Assembly (NCBI GenBank): GCA_951406725.2
Contig: OX597815.1
Coordinates: 124,868,001 to 124,932,000, forward strand
DNA: 64,000 nt
Direction: 5' to 3'
From: Octopus vulgaris
Taxonomy: Eukaryota
Shown here one piece after another: positions 51,790-64,000 of this stretch (the stretch's first letter is position 1; the number at the start of each line of letters is the position of its first letter). A program made the position numbers and the translations under genes. The notes below the pieces were generated by a model. The model saw only the letters and a program-made list of their open reading frames with translations, did no database searches and was not told the DNA's origin.

Positions 51790-52705
51790 CATAGGCACAA
51801 AGCCTGCAGTTTGGAGGGAGAAGGCTAGACGACCACATAGACCCTAGTGCTAAGCTGGTACTCGCCGATCTGAAAAGAGGAAAGGCAATGTCGACCCCCG
51901 GCGGAATTTGAACTCAGAACGTAAAGATGGATGAAATACTGATACGTATTTTGTCCGGCATGCTACCGATTCTGCCAGCTCTCCGCCTTAACACCAATAA
52001 TGGTTTGACATTTTGGCACAAGGTCGCCAGTTTTGGAGGAGGGGCTAAGTTGATTACATCGACCTCGGTGTTTAACTAGTTCTTATTTTATCGAACCCGG
52101 AGAAGGTGAATGACAAAGTCAATCCATACCAAATTTGAAGTCTGAACGTAAAGACGGACGAAATGCCGCTAAGCATTTTGTCCAGTGTGCCAACGTTTTT
52201 GTCAGCTCGCCGCTTTAAGAACAACAACAACAATATCAATAACCCTTTCTATTATAGGTTCAAAGCCTCAAATTTGGGGAGAGAGGTCTACTCCATTGTC
52301 CGACTGTTACTTATTTTATCAACCCGGAAAGGATTGCAGGCAAAGTCGACACCAGCAGAATTTGAACTCAAAAAGTAAAAGCGGAAGAAATATCGCTAAG
52401 CATTTTGTCCGGCGTGCTAACGATTCTGCCAGCTCGCTGCCTTAACAACATCAACAACAACAAAAATAATGGTAATAATAATGAATAATAATCTTTTCTA
52501 TTACAGGTACAAGACGTGAAATTTGGGGGAGGGGGATAGTCGATTACATTGACCCCAGTACTCACTTGGTACTTATTCTACGGACCTCGAAAGGATGAAA
52601 GGCAAAGTCGTCTTCGGCAGAATTTGAACTCAGAACGTAAAGACGGACAAAATATTTAGCGGCATTTCGTCCGGCGTGCTAACGATTCTGTCAACTTGCC
52701 TCCTT
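51790..52705 (-). mobile_element. Head-to-tail array of four SINE family A copies
   Basis: Copies at ~51790-51990, 52005-52217, 52245-52444 and 52495-52705, separated by short AAC/AAT-rich spacers. Confidence 0.88.
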
Positions 52706-53329
52706 AACAAACACAACAGCAACAATTATACATATAATATTGATGATGATGATGAAATGGATGAATAAATAAAGGGATAAATAAATACTCAAGTTTTTTT
52801 TTCTTTTTATGGCGAAGTAATAAATATTAAAATACTGAGTGAAAGTCATATCACGTAGTTCGTCATCCATGACGTATTCAGTTCGAAAACATTTTAAAAT
52901 CTAATAGTCTAAATCATAATTTCTTTTTTAATTGGAATAAACGAAGCTCGAATGATATGTAGCAGATGTAGACATCATTCGATTCAGTGACGTAAACCGG
53001 ATATTTTACTTAATTACATGTACGTTTCTTATTGGTTATCAAGGGATGGTGATTTTATCGAACGAGTGTATATTTAAAAATGGGTCTATATATTAAAAAA
53101 AACAAAAAAGTGGCAGGGGTGTGATTGAATATTATTAACTAGTAATATATTGTTGTATCGTTAACCATTGACGTATGTTAGGTACCTAACCATCCTGGGA
53201 TGGTAGATCATATTCTTCAATAAAGAAAATGGTATTTAACAGAGATTGTGGCAGATATAGTAATGTTTCTTAATCTATATGCTGTAGCGTGCGAAATGCC
53301 AAACAAGTTAACAATAAATCAGTTGTTTA

Positions 53330-53625
53330 TCGGACTGAATCAACCTCTTTATTCCTTCCCTGCTCACCCGATAAAATCATCATCATTTGACGTCCACTCA
53401 TAAATTTGTATGGTGCGGTCATACGATTTTTACATCCGGTTTATGTTGCCGAAGCGAGTTATGTTTACTTGTGCTTAGTGATCAGTATCCCCTCGTCTGT
53501 TTTTATACCGTAGAACTATCCGCTGAATATTTTCAAGTTGAACCGAAAAATACTTTCTTCGGAATCCTATCATTGCTCATTCGTGAAACATAGCCCCACT
53601 GTTTCAATTGTTATATGGAAAGGAT
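53330..53625 (-). pseudogene. RTE LINE 3' fragment
   Basis: QLKQWGYVSRMSNDRIPKKVFFG (cf. QLRWxGHVxRMxxxRIPKxLxYG). Confidence 0.7.
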
Positions 53626-54070
53626 AGGTACTCTTAATGGTAGTCGCTGCGTAATTTTTTGCCTTTGCCGCATCCTTGAATCTCCTTTCCACTATTCCGA
53701 ACTTAGTACCTCTCGCAAAGTACACAATTCCATGCCATATTGGTCCTTCTCCACTTGACCCGTGGTCATGACATCAATTTTTCCTTTATTGAAAATGTAC
53801 AAAATTATTCTTTCTTTGATATTATTATGCGTCTCTTGCGGTGTGTGTGTTGGGGGGGGGGGCAATTTAACGTCAAATCCATCCCAATTTAATGAAGTTT
53901 TGTAATTTTTCAAGTTCACCAATATTAATATCCTTTTCCTGCCACTTTGCCACGTCCGCAAAGTTTCTCTTTTCTTAATTTAATTTTTTCGTCCATTCTC
54001 TTGACAGTTTTCAAAAATTCTTCCTCTGAAGACGACATAACTGAAAAGCTAAAGTCTTCTTCAGACATCT
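53626..54070 (-). pseudogene. Decayed gag/ORF1-like N-terminal fragment
   Basis: Minus strand MSEEDFSFSVMSSSEEEFLK... and FGIVERRFKDAAKAKNYA; A-rich coding-like composition resembling 41785-42777. Confidence 0.35.
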
Positions 54071-55187
54071 TTTTTATTAAGCCGACCCCCCTCTATGAGG
54101 AGGGGAAGCACAAACAAATCGTTGCAAAGCAGCACAAAAACAATCAATCGAAGTGTCCAAAACACTGAAACAGAATAAACGATGTTAACACTGTGAAAAT
54201 ACTGTCAAAAATTACTCACGTACACCTTTAATAACACCGGAAGCGTGCTAGCGTTTCTGCCAGGTCACCGCATTAGAGCTATATATTAAAAATATAATTA
54301 TCATTTATATTTTTATATTTTTTTACACGTTTTATTGCGGTTTCTAGATTAAGTAAGACCCTGATACTTAATAATATACATATATGTTATTGTTGTATGT
54401 TAATTATAATAGCGAAAGATTGTCTTCCACATAAACGAGTTTGGTTTAATATTGAGATATATAGAAATATATTTCGATAGTTGTAGATTCTAGTTAATTA
54501 TTTTGTCCGTTATAATTTTGTTATTTTTATTGTAATTGATAGGCAACTGAATGGCTAATGCACATGCTCATAATAGATAGGCATTTAGATTATTAATTTT
54601 TTCACAAACCAGCCGTCCTTTCGCACCAAATTTTGCCTATCTTCAAACCATTGGCTCTGGTGAGGCTTATATAAGGGAATTGAATTGTTTGTATATCAAA
54701 AAATGTATAAGCTGAAACAAATTGTTGGCTTTTTTTGGTTTTTTAATAATTGTTTATGTTATATTATAATGTAAATAGATTATTGGATTGTCAATTGTAT
54801 CTCTCTATTTGAATTATACCCATATTTATGTGGTATTCAATTGGCGTACCAGTGAATTGGATGTTTTACACACACCTTTGAAAGAATTTTTTCCTTAGTT
54901 TTTTTTTACTTTATATATATATATCTAATGTAGGATACAAATCTTTCGAAAAAAATTCTATCAACGGCCAGTATATTAAAAAGTACCTTTAAATGTTAAA
55001 TTTATAAACAATTTATAAGTAAGGGCATTTTCGGCATATTTTGGCATTAGAATTTTTTTCTTTTGCCCTTACTTATAAATTATATATATATAATATTATT
55101 ATTATTATTATTATCAGTCCAAATATGTTTAAGGTACTTTCCAACTGGAGAACAAGCTACTCACTGCGTTTTGTCACGGAAAATATA

Positions 55188-55467
55188 TCCCGTTTGTTGC
55201 CAAATGGTGTAAAAACACCTAAATCAGCTCGCAGCCTACCTAACCAGACTGTGAGATGCAAGCATTTCGGAGTAGTTATCTCTTTTTCGGTTACAGTCAC
55301 TAGGCTGATACTCTTATAAGAGAGTCAATCTCTTCAGCCATTTCGTAGCACCGCCTGTAAAGCGTTCGTGACCGAAGAGTAGATAACTACTTCGAAACGC
55401 TAGCATCTCGCAGTTTGGGTATTTAGCGCTGCGAGCTGATCTAGTTTGCGGATGCTGTAAAACGGGT
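55188..55467. repeat. Long imperfect inverted repeat (MITE-like) with a nested hairpin
   Basis: 55222-55294 pairs with 55368-55441; the loop contains GGCTGA..CTCTTATAAGAG..TCAGCC. Confidence 0.75.
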
Positions 55468-55687
55468 CAGGGGATTCGGTTAGGAGTTATGCCCCTTGAT
55501 ATACCTACAGCTGCGACATAAGCCACGTCTTTCTATTTCAAGTTTTTGAAAATCAGTGTAAACTGTGAAACTGATTTAATCTTTGAATATAAGAAATAAA
55601 AATATTTTAACTATTCTCAGTGCATTTTCAACTTCTATTTTTCCTATATTTCTACCCATGTAGATTAAAATAACTTTTTCCCTCCCT

Positions 55688-55716
<29 letters not shown>

Positions 55717-55761
<45 letters not shown>

Positions 55762-56256
55762 TGTAGTTGTGTGAGTGTCTGTCCCCTTCGATTTAGATTC
55801 CTAACTACTCCCACATTTTGCGGTGCAGTTTAACCAAATTCGGGTATCTTATAGTCGTGATTCATATCGAGCCCGTCTGAGTATTAGCGCGCGTCTACGA
55901 TGAGTCTACGATTTTAAAAATAATTTAACATCATTTTTTATTCCATTTTAATGCATAATTTTTCGTGTGTCGATGGCGGCGGAGTTGGCGTCCATGGTCA
56001 CACCTGCACCTGTTTGCTTCTCCCCCTTCTTCCCTCCCTCGTGAAGCTGTGGGGAAGGGAGTGTAAGGAAATCAACGTCGTAAAGCGTTGTCAAGGAGAC
56101 CAGCGTTCTTTTAGAACAACGACTTCGTGGCTTGAAGACACCAAAACAGAAATGGCTAAGAAAGCCCGAATTGGCATCTATAAGGGAAGTAACTCTCTAA
56201 AAATGCTATATAGTTATTTCCCTTACAAACCCGAGCAACGCCGGGCGATACTGCTA

Positions 56257-56257
<1 letters not shown>
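55717..56257 (+). mobile_element. Non-autonomous Helitron
   Basis: 5' TC followed by (TA)n, 3' GC-rich hairpin CCCGAGCAACGCCGGG (56230-56245) 8 nt before terminal CTAG (56254-56257), followed by T; no TSD. Confidence 0.8.
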
Positions 56258-56327
<70 letters not shown>

Positions 56328-56814
56328 TCCATTCAAATTAACCATGCACCTGTGCATGGACGCCTGGCAAAGATCGTCTTTTTCTTTCGGAAGACTGGCC
56401 ATTACACTTGCATGCAAGACTTCTCGCTCTAGGTCATTCATTTTTATCCAAGTGAAAGTTTGTTGACTTGGGCTGATACAGCAATCTCTCTCATGATATT
56501 GCAGTTAGAATACAAAAGCTAAAATTGATACTGTTGGATATCCTTTCTACTCTTGACAGTTTCGTCAATTCCACCACTCTGGATTGGTACTTGTTTATCG
56601 ACCCAGATAGAGTAAAAGGCAATGTTGTCCTCGACGGATTTTGAACTCAGAGCTCAGACAGTCGAAACAAATACCCTCGAAACTCTCTGCTAAGTCTCTT
56701 TTGTGTATTTTCACGCACATACACGTACACATGCACGCATAAGTACGGTCTTGGGTGGTATATTGATCATCGTTGCAATCGATCACAGGTAATCTGGATC
56801 TAAACAACAATAAT

Positions 56815-57445
56815 AATCCTTTCTGCCTTGGGCACAAATTCTGAAATTTGGGGGAAGGAGGATAGTCGAGACTGGTACTTATTTTATCGACCCCAAAAGA
56901 ATGAAAATTAAGGTCGAAATTTGAACTCAGCGTAAAGACGGATGGAAACATTTCGCCTGGCGTGCTAATGATTCGGCCAGCTTGCCACCTTAACAACGAC
57001 ATCTATTACCAGAGGCTAAATTGTTACCCCTTACTTTCACTTTTAATATCAAAAACATTTTCTATTTTATGTCTGTCAATAATTTGTCACAGTTCAATAT
57101 TTCACTGCATTTCAATACATTGCTGGAAAGACAATATTTTATACACTGCATTCATTGCAAATCTTCAGTGAAACTAGTAAGTTCCAAATACTCAATCTCT
57201 TAAAAGTATTAGTTAAGCACAAAACTGTGGAAGGTAATCAAAATCCGACATGGCCCTAATAATTTCTTTCTACTATAGGCTCAAGACTTGGAATTTGGTG
57301 GGAGAGGCCTAATTGATAAAATCGACCTAGTACTTCACTGGTTCTTATTTTATCGATGCTGAAAAGATGAATGGCATAGATGACCTCGGTAAAAATTGAA
57401 TTCAGAACGCAAAGCAGGAAGAAATGCCGTTCAGCATTTTGTCAG
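56815..57445 (-). mobile_element. Two diverged SINE family A copies (56815-56992, 57265-57445)
   Basis: Reverse complement of core and B-box. Confidence 0.75.
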
Positions 57446-58777
57446 GCAACGCGACCATAAATATGTAGTAAAGAGTGATAAATTTGACACATGACAAAAA
57501 ATTCATAGGAGTTATTCTTAATGCATTCTGAACATCTATCTATCTATCTTTATGTGAGTGTTTGATTGTATGTATGTATGCATGCATGTATACATAAACA
57601 CACATAGTTATACATTTACAAATACATCGTATATACATACTTAAGTATACTTATATATACGTGTGTATTGACGTTTTAACGTCAGTAGCTGTCAGCGTTA
57701 CTACCAATAGTGTCATAATACGGCCTATATCATATTTAACTTCATATTTCACAACTAATTTATCTTGGTTCCGAGCCAACGGAGTTCTTCACCCGTTTTC
57801 CCCGAGACCACACGATAAATGATATTGCTGGAAAACATATTGGTGAATTATTCTATTTTGGTTGAAATTTTAGAAAACTCTCCAAAATGTGGAATCAAAA
57901 GAATTTCGCAGACAGAAATATAAATAGCAATAACTCACCAATGAGGTTTAAAACACCAAACCTGGCATAATTGGTAAATTATATCAATATCAGGTTAATT
58001 TTAGCTACTTGTCTAAAACGAAATTTGCTCAGTGTAACGAAAGTGTAATTAGGTGCAAAGTATTTTTCCATTAGAGATTAGTATGTCTTCCAAGGGAAAC
58101 AGATAAGAAGAGAAACTTGCTAAGTAATTCAGAAAATTAATATAGTAACTGAGTACTAGAATTCGTAATGTATTAAATTTAGATGATAAAGAAAGCAATG
58201 GTTTATTTCTATTTAATGAAGGGGCTGGACGAGTTGTGAAGAGGTCAGATTACCTATCTTAGTACTACATTCAATTCCCATGTTGCCATTCTCATCCGTG
58301 AAGTTAAGATTAGGACATCATCATCTCAGAAAGGAGCTTCACGAGGTGAATAGGCTGAAGCAACGAATTCGCTGGTTGTTTTTCGTGGTATCCAACTTTT
58401 TTAGTAGAGAGAAGTTATTCACCCACTCCCACACACACCCACCTCTACCCCACCCTCCGCCTACCCACATACTCCACCTCTACATCCACCCTTGCTTTTC
58501 CCACTCTCGCCTCCCCACCTACCAACGCCATCACACCCCTTACACCACCATACCACACAACGCATCACATCACAACACACCACCACGCACACATCAGCAC
58601 TGACCACTTCCTAGACCCACATTTTCACACCTACACACGTACATGCAAACTCTTATACACACGCACGCGCACCTTCGTTTTGCGATCACCGCTACTTCAT
58701 TACCTCCCTTCTCCCTAACTCTCCTGTGTTACTCTTCTGTCCGGCATTCGCCATGATGCTTTTTTTGTGAATTCTTC

Positions 58778-58778
<1 letters not shown>

Positions 58779-58829
<51 letters not shown>

Positions 58830-58885
58830 ATCTGTCTATATCTGTCTATCTGCCTATCTATCTACCTATTTATCGTGCTGTCTAC

Positions 58886-58963
<78 letters not shown>
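58779..58963. repeat. Compound (TATC)n(TC)n(TA)n microsatellite
   Basis: Direct inspection. Confidence 0.92.
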
Positions 58964-58966
<3 letters not shown>

Positions 58967-59334
58967 TGTCTGTCCGTGTTTGTGTCTTAACTTTTGTATA
59001 TGTATATATATATATTTATATATATATATATATACGTGTGTGTGTATTAATTTCGTTAAGTTCAGTTATAATAATTATTGTACATTAATCAGAAGGGTTA
59101 CGAAGTTACTCCTTACTTTTGTAAACTTCAAATTAATATCTTTGACAAAGTATAGGTTAAACAAAATACGAAATCTCTATCAATAATATTGCAAAAGTAT
59201 TATATATATATATAGAAGCCCTCACCTGCAGATTAGATTGATCTGTGGGTTGTACCACGCTCTCACTTTATATATGTGCTGTATGTGTGTATGTATATGT
59301 GGAGGTTAGTGAGTGTGCACATGTATGTTTGAAC

Positions 59335-59372
<38 letters not shown>

Positions 59373-59587
59373 CTACAAACGTACATATACACTCACTAAC
59401 CTTTATGTATACATACACACTTATATTTTTTTTGTTTCGAATTGTATCTATAAAGGAATTATGACGTCATAGTAGATATATTTGTTTAATGAAACGATCA
59501 TTTTAGCATTTCATTACGACTTCTTTAGTTTCTTATCAGTTGGTAGAACACCAAAAACAGTGTTTCATATTCCCTCTCTCTCTTTCA

Positions 59588-59634
<47 letters not shown>

Positions 59635-60109
59635 CACAGTATATACTTTGCATATAGAGTTCTGAGAGCATATTTTAGCACGCAGCCCAATATATATGTT
59701 TTATAGTTTTCCACAGTAGGGCTATTATTCATTTGCCGTGTGCCAAGCAAAACCACTTACCATTCAGTTATTTCATCAAACTTGTTTTATAGCTCTGTAC
59801 TACTCTTAGTCTTTCATAAGCTTGCAAGTTTTAAATCAAATCCTGTTGGCCTGAAGAAAACAAATAGGAAATCGTTCCAGTTTGTATTTCTTTCGTTTAT
59901 GTTAATTTCAGTGAAAACCCTATGACCTGTGTTACAAGGCATTGCTGTGTTAGATATCAAAGGTATGTGTACTTACATATATAACGAAAGCCCTAACCAA
60001 CTTTTTCAATCGATATAAAATGATTGTAAAATATTTGAATAATATATAAATAATTGATGCAAAACACTATAATTTAAGTTTACGAAAAGATTGTATATTA
60101 ATTGAAACC

Positions 60110-60630
60110 TCAGTAATTTGGGAGAAGGGGACAAGGCGATTACGACTCCAGTACTAAACTGTTATTTATTTTATCGACCTTGAAAAGATGAAAGGCAAAG
60201 GTGACCTCGGCAGAATTTGAGCTCAAAACGTAAAGACGGACGAAATGCCGCTAAACATTTTGACTAGCGCGATAACGATTCTGACAGGATCAAGTATTGA
60301 TATTAATCTCAAATTTTGCCACAAGCCCAGAAATTTTGGATGAGAGATTAAGTAGATTACCCCAACTTTAGACCTCAGCCGGTATTTATTTCATCGACAG
60401 TGAAAGGCAAATTCACCTCGGTGGAATTTGCACTCAGAACGCAAAGACTGACGAAATACTGCTAAGCACTTTGCCTGGCGTACTAACGTACTAAAGGTAA
60501 TGTCGACTTCAATGGAAAAGACCATGTGGATGGTAATCAAAATCCGACAAGACCGTAATAATTTCTTTCTACAATAAGCCCAAGTTTTGGAATTTGGTGG
60601 GAGAAGCCTAAGTGATAATATCGAACCTAG
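60110..60630 (-). mobile_element. Cluster of diverged SINE family A copies
   Basis: Copies at ~60110-60290, 60310-60490 and a tail at 60560-60630. Confidence 0.75.
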
Positions 60631-60854
60631 AGGATAAAAAGTAGGGATTTTTGCATTTCTTATTCAGGAGATACGTCAGTGTCTATTACCCTTAACAGGA
60701 GAGAGGACAAAAAATATCCTCGAATTGAAAGCCTGATTCGAATGCTTTTGACAACCATACGGATTCCGCTGAAGATAGACAAGAAAAAGATGCTGGTGTC
60801 AAGACGAAACACAAATGCAAAACCTTGCGTCCTTTATCTGTTATAGTTTATCTT

Positions 60855-61020
60855 TTGTTTCAGTCATCGGGCTGCAGCCATCAAAGGTTTTGGTTGAACG
60901 AGTCGGCCCCAGTACTTATTCTGTTAAGTCAGGTATTTATCCTATCGGTCTCTTTTGTCGAACCGCTAAGACGTAAATAAGTCAACACTGGTTGTTAAGT
61001 AATAGTTAGGACAAGCACAA
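60855..61020 (-). mobile_element. SINE family B, 3' half
   Basis: TGTTTCAGTCAT...TATCGGTCTCTTTTGTCGAACCGCTAAG. Confidence 0.7.
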
Positions 61021-61092
61021 ACCTACTCATACATACATACATACATACATACATACATACATACATACATACATACATACATACATACATAC

Positions 61093-61922
61093 ATACGAGA
61101 TGGTTTCAAAAAGCACACGGTTGCGTGCGCAGTGAGAGCTACCGGTGACCCTCATATGACAGCGTGCTGAGTGACATCGCTGTATTCACTTCGCAAGTTG
61201 TGAAATTTGTGCTTTTATGATCACATGTATGCTGTAGTCTGCGATTTTGTCAGGGACAGGAAATTGGAACAAAGAGCCAACATTTAAATTTTGCGTTGGG
61301 AAGTCTGTTACAGAGACATTGAGTATGCTTCGGCAAGCTTACAGTGCGAAGACACTCGGTCGTACGCAATGTTTCGAGTGTCAAGGGTGCTTCAAAATGG
61401 AAGAACTTCCTTGGAAGACGATGAGCGACCTGGAAGACCTGTCACATGTGTCATCCTCGAAAAGAGGGAGAAAATCCATCAGTCTGTGCATGATGATCGT
61501 CGGAGGACAACCAACGACATTGTTAATGTTGGCCTGTCGTATGGGGCCGTGCAGTTAATCCTAACATCAGAATTGAACATGTGGGGGTGTCTCTGCCAAG
61601 TTTGTCCTCTACCCGTGACCACTGAGCAGAAAGAAAATCGCATCGAAGTCTGTTAAGATCTCCGTCAGCGTGCAGCTGATGACCCATCCTTCATGTCAAG
61701 GATCATCACCGATGACAAAAGTTGGGTCTACGGGCACGACCCTGAGATGAAGCAGCAGTCGTCAAATTGGAAGAGCCCTTCATCTCCACGACCGAAGAAG
61801 GCGCGACATCTTTTTTGACATCCGCGGTATTGTGCATCGAGAATTCGTCCCCCAGAGCCAGATCGTCAATCGAAAGATCTGCTGCGATGTTTTGAAGCGT
61901 TTGAAGAAGGACAATCTGCGAT
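61093..61922 (+). mobile_element. Mariner element, 5' portion, decayed
   Basis: Begins at TA after (CATA)n; GKSVTETLSMLRQAY..TQCFE, GRTSLEDDERPGRP, RIITDDKSWVYG (first catalytic Asp motif), HREFVPQSQIVN. Confidence 0.88.
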
Positions 61923-62423
61923 ATCAACCCGATACAAAATACACAGGTATTCTTGACTTTGAAAGGTGTGGATACATTCGTGTTCTAGTATGCCTTTGGT
62001 ACGACCATTGGCGCACCCATTCCAGCGGATAGCTTGTAGATGATTTTAGCGACAATTTCATGACGCATTGGATAAGTAGTACCTTGCAGGTATTTTGAAC
62101 TGATGATCTGTAGATATTTTCCACACTACTGTGGCACAAGCGACACTTTGTATTTCATGTGAAGGTCTATATACTGCCTTTCCTCTCTTATTGATCAATT
62201 ATTAAAAAAAAATAACTCCTGTTTCTGGGCATCAAACCTATAACCATCTAAAGGAGATGTGATGTACCCATCACTGATCCAAGATCTTCTCTATCTTGCA
62301 GTATATGTACACATGTAAAACTTTCTGCTGATACAATAACTGTCTCTCTTCCACATTTCTGCCTTAGCAGGCTTATCCATCTACGCTTTGTTCACATATA
62401 GTATTTTCGTTGTTAAATACACC

Positions 62424-62506
62424 ATGTATGTATGTATGTATGTATGTATGTATGTATGTATGTATGTATGTATGTATGTATGTATGTATGTATGTATGTA
62501 TGTATG
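62424..62506. repeat. (ATGT)n microsatellite
   Basis: Direct inspection. Confidence 0.95.
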
Positions 62507-62789
62507 AGTGTATGTAATGGATGGATGGCAGTAGACTGGGATGTATGTATTTTTGTATTTATGTTTGAACGCGTTGAAATATATATTGGGCGTCCTGACA
62601 GCTTAATCTGTAAACTACTCGAATGATAGCCGAGAGGTGTGTGCTCGACACTCAACACGTTATCTACACTAATTCCTACATCATAAAGTTTTCACTATCT
62701 GGTTTAGGTGCGCGCGCGCGTGTGAGAGCAAGAGAGAGTTAGTAATGTACGAGTTTTGTGTTCACATCTCAGCTATAAAGACCAATTAA

Positions 62790-63420
62790 CTGTAACGCCA
62801 GTTGATATCGTTCAACATCCATCCTCCTCATTAGAAGATGGGCTTCAACATTAATTAACTAAAGATTGTCAATGAAAATTTATATCCTTTGCTTAATAAA
62901 AAGTCGTAATATCGAATAACTTTATCAGTTTCCTTGAAGCAATCAGTTAATGGGGTGCTTCTTCTAATGGACCTATTTTGTATCAAGTGTGTGTAAATAA
63001 TAGAAGAGGCTACATTTCTAAATAAATACGAAAGATAAACGCAATTTGTGTAGTCCCAAAACTCTTCTGCTGCTGCTTGACTAGAAATTTCGTAAGTGAA
63101 TTGTACATTTAGACGTTTGTGGTTAAATTTAAGGAATGTTAGAACTCTTTTAAGGATGCATATTTGAAAGAGGTTTTGATAATCTAGTGTTAAAATCACT
63201 GAGCTACAAGTACATTGTTTCCTTCCAAAATTGTGAGAAAATAAAAAAATACAATTTTTAGCCATCCCATGCTACATTATGACTCGGAAAATTGTTCTAC
63301 AGCAAGAAATTTGAGGGTATTGCTTCAAGTAAACTATCCTATATCCATATAGGAGATGAAATGAAGTGCTGCGTAGTTCATGCTTTTTCAAATAATATCA
63401 CCAATGTACGGGAACATTTT
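62790..63420 (-). pseudogene. Possible decayed hAT-like transposase remnant
   Basis: Ordered weak motifs FPYIGDII, VIM..HGMAKNCIFLFSHNF (cf. PVITRWGTWLxAAxFYxxNF) and DVER (cf. DVERSFS). Confidence 0.35.
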
Positions 63421-63469
63421 CAGAAATCTGGAGCTAGCATCCTATCAGTGATGTAATTGGCATAGATGC

Positions 63470-63683
63470 TCTTTCTATAATAAATGCAAAGCCTGAAATT
63501 ATTAGGGAGCGGGCAGTCTACCTCATCGTCCGTGGTGCTCAAATGATTCTTATTTTATCGACGCTGAAAGGATGAAAGGCAAAGTTGGCCTCGATGAGAA
63601 TTTGAACTCAGAACATAAAGCTAGAAGAAATGCTGCTAAGCATTTTGTTCAGCGTAGTAACGACTCCAGCAGCTCACAGCCTT
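63470..63683 (-). mobile_element. SINE family A, diverged
   Basis: TTTTATCGACGCTGAAAGGATGAAAGGCAAAG...TTTGAACTCAGAAC. Confidence 0.8.
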
Positions 63684-63737
63684 ATAGTTGGCATAGATGT
63701 TATAGATCAAAATCACACAGTATGTGAAGTTTTAGTT

Positions 63738-63777
63738 GCCTCGGTAGCGCAGTAGGCAGCGCGTCACCCTCAAAATC
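63738..63777 (+). pseudogene. Truncated tRNA-Met (elongator)-like 5' fragment
   Basis: GCCTCGGTAGCGCAGTAGGCAGCGCGTCA closely matches the 5' half of metazoan elongator tRNA-Met; anticodon region mutated (CTCAAAA); T arm and 3' acceptor absent. Confidence 0.7.
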
Positions 63778-64000
63778 AAGCAATCACTTTTATGTTTATA
63801 CATAGTACTAATGATACACTGCCCCGAGCTAATTGAATATATTCTTTCAAAAATTGATTTGTACGTTCTAAATGTATCACTTTACAAACTAACTAAACTG
63901 TATGCAACCTTAAACACTTTTGCTATGTTTAACTGTGAAAAATTTGTCAAGCTAGAACGTTTTTATAAAACCATTCTCGGAATTCTACGGCAAATGCAAA

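Noticed and set aside
51790-52705. Regularly spaced repeats resembling a CRISPR array
   Set aside because: Units are ~200-bp SINE copies in eukaryotic DNA; no cas genes or short invariant repeats
60761-60825. CTGAAGA...GAAAC spacing
   Set aside because: Stem II does not close next to GAAA and stem I is absent

Overview
AT-rich eukaryotic, repeat-dense intergenic/intronic DNA. The SINE, LINE and microsatellite content is what I associate with octopus-type cephalopod genomes (inference). No intact host gene is recognisable, and most ORF-track entries are microsatellite or SINE artefacts. The window contains dozens of tRNA-derived SINE copies in three families, several decayed R4/Dong-type LINEs bordered by (TAA)n tracts, an RTE LINE, probable Penelope-like, piggyBac-like and hAT-like remnants, mariner derivatives, a non-autonomous Helitron, a gag-like zinc-knuckle ORF and a truncated tRNA-Met. 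The strongest unexplained signal is a fully canonical type I hammerhead ribozyme (44822-44891) inside a 335-bp-period tandem unit embedded in (TA)n. This resembles a non-LTR retrozyme, and its second copy lacks exactly the ribozyme. Several more degenerate hammerhead cores lie in other repeats. Also notable are a palindromic element with two outward-facing tRNA-like arms (48565-49015) and repeated re-use of the same SINE target sites. Boundaries of decayed elements are approximate.
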